Below are positions 62,367 through 64,000 of a stretch of DNA of 64,000 bases, in pieces. Position 1 is the stretch's first letter, and each line of letters begins with the position of its first letter. The notes under the pieces are model-generated. The model saw nothing but the letters and a program-made list of their open reading frames with translations. It was not told the DNA's origin and did not search any database. The position numbers and the translations under genes were made by a program. The stretch comes from Amoebophrya sp. A120 (lineage: Eukaryota; Protista; Dinoflagellata): the NCBI GenBank assembly GCA_905178155.1, contig CAJINV010000019.1:1100913-1164912 (forward strand), in the 5' to 3' direction.

Positions 62367-64000
62367 CTAATTCCCCCTCGCATCTGCCGCCGTGTTGCAG
62401 TTGCTATACCCCAATTTTTCCAGCTCTTTCTGCAACCCTGCAATGTGCTGGCAGCCCACCACAGCCAGCACTCGACCGTCGAAGCCTACCAAAGTACTAG
62501 CCATCGATTCTTCGCGCCGGTGGAATATGATGTCCGACGTGTTTTTCGGCTCCGTTTTCAGAGCCACCTCGCGCAAAATGAACGCCAGCCGGTGGGTCGG
62601 CACGATGTCGTACGACAGTTCCGCGGTTTTGTTTTCTTGCAGTTGTCGGGCCTGGTGCTTCTGCGCGGAGGAAACGGGTGCAGAATTGGAATTACCACTA
62701 GACCCCCCGCCGCCGAGCTGTACCAATCGGTCTAACTCGGTATCGGACAAATCGCAGACGATCCGCAAGTAGTGCGCCAAAGACTGTTGCTTCAGGAGCT
62801 CACACGCCTGCAACGCGAGCTGATATCAAATGTAAAAATGTCTGGGTCTGGAAGGTTGCCAGGTTTGTCATGCATATTTTACATGACTCAGGATGTCTGT
62901 AATGCATGATCTGGCATCACATATTTTTAGAGGCCTTCCTGATGCCTATCCCGCATGACAAATGGCCTCCCCGCGTAGCACAAACTGGGCTCCTATTGCT
63001 GGTCATGCAATACAGATTTTTTAGAGTGCAAAGTTAGCATCACAAGTTCCAACCTTCCAGACCCAGACATTTTTGCATTTGATAGCTGGCGGTTGGAGTC
63101 AATGTGGAGGATCCGGCAACTCGGGCCGGCGAGGTACTTGGGCATGGCGACCGGAAAAGAATTGCAGATGGAGAGAACCTTTTTAAAATGACGTGGAAGT
63201 TATGCAAGAACTCTTGTGAATCATGCTACCATGTAATAAATGTTGCTCCGAAAAAAAGTAGAAAAACACGCTGATGAAACATCCATATCCACTAAAGTAA
63301 AGAATCACCAGAAGATAAGTACGCTCTTATCAGTCTTCTCCGTTTTCGCCTTCCTTGCAATCTCGTTCAAGAAATGCAGCCCGAAGTCCTCACGCAGCGC
63401 CTCGCGGCGGAAGGCGTCCGCTAAGCCCTTCCACGTTTCCCGACCGTCCAAAGGCGCTTCCAGCCCAACGATGTGGGGCTGCAGACGCCGGAATACCTTT
63501 TTTTCAGTTGGTATTCGGTGCGGGGTGAATTACTAGTTACCCGACTGCAAGGCGTAGAGCGTCACACAACGTGGTGGTCTTTATTGTTTCTCATGCTCTA
63601 CTGCGGGCTTTTATGATCTCATGACATGATCAAGAACAGATGGAAACACGATAGGAGCTTAGTGTTATTCACGGATCGTCTTAATGAAAAAGTACCTTCG
63701 CCATGTTGATCGCGTCGTACTTCGAGTAGTGCAGTTGTCCTAGGATGTAAATGTGCGAATTCTTCGCCACCATTGGGTTGTTTAAACACCACTCTGCCAA
63801 GTCCTCGTTTGTCGTATCGCGCAAAACGCGGTACAAATCCAAGCCGTACGCCATCGCTTTGTCCAAGTAATCCTTCGGCTCCTCGACTTTCGCACCACTA
63901 CTTATGGGGGTGTCAGAATCGAAATCGTCAAACTTGAAATAGTTTGCCATACATAAATAAATGCAACGCAAAAATTGTCTCCATTGCAGAGGACGCAAGG
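62367..64000 (-). CDS. TraB-domain (TRABD-like) protein, 5' part beyond window
   Basis: C-terminal IIFHRREESMASTL..VLAVVGCQHIAGLQKEL resembles the TraB family ER/VVG-H motif. Upstream exons lie at 63.1-63.9 kb. Confidence 0.6.
62824..63084. mobile_element. Introner family A
   Basis: Flanks gctga/gctgg; excision gives NRQLALQ. Confidence 0.92.
63903..64000. mobile_element. Family B element, truncated by the window edge
   Basis: Begins tatgggggtgtcagaatcgaaatcgtcaaacttgaaa, like 11869 and 41519. Confidence 0.8.

Noticed and set aside
2497-63084. Recurring short ORFs containing [27 protein letters not shown] or KMSGSGR
   Set aside because: These are translations of the family A TIR in different frames, not a repeated protein domain.
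1-64000. Autonomous transposase, integrase or reverse transcriptase for the elements
   Set aside because: No ORF with recognisable DDE, RT, tyrosine-recombinase or HUH motifs is visible in this window.

Overview
Eukaryotic, intron-rich genomic DNA. Its architecture points to an alveolate, probably a syndinian dinoflagellate of the Amoebophrya type; this is an inference, not a database result. About 11 protein-coding genes can be assembled, all on the minus strand: RPB1, a DUF1772/anthrone-oxygenase-like protein, a small Cys-rich protein, an IQ+C2 membrane protein, a MAP2K, CWC25, a putative secreted protein, DDX18/HAS1, WDR26/GID7, an MGCGSS-acylated protein and a TraB-domain protein. The dominant feature is about 68 short (147-453 bp) non-coding elements in at least 6 sequence families. 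They have TAT...ATA termini, terminal inverted repeats and 5-bp flanking direct repeats, and most sit inside coding exons. Removing an exonic element plus one repeat copy restores conserved reading frames, yet the resulting introns are not GT-AG. They therefore behave as transposon-derived non-canonical introns (introners) alongside ordinary GT-AG introns. Further patterns: a shared internal octamer TGT(C/G/A)ATGC across unrelated families, both orientations within one gene, a preferred ~35-65 bp spacing between neighbours, absence from intergenic DNA, and an ageing series that constrains the splice junction. Coordinates were read by eye and may be off by 1-2 nt.
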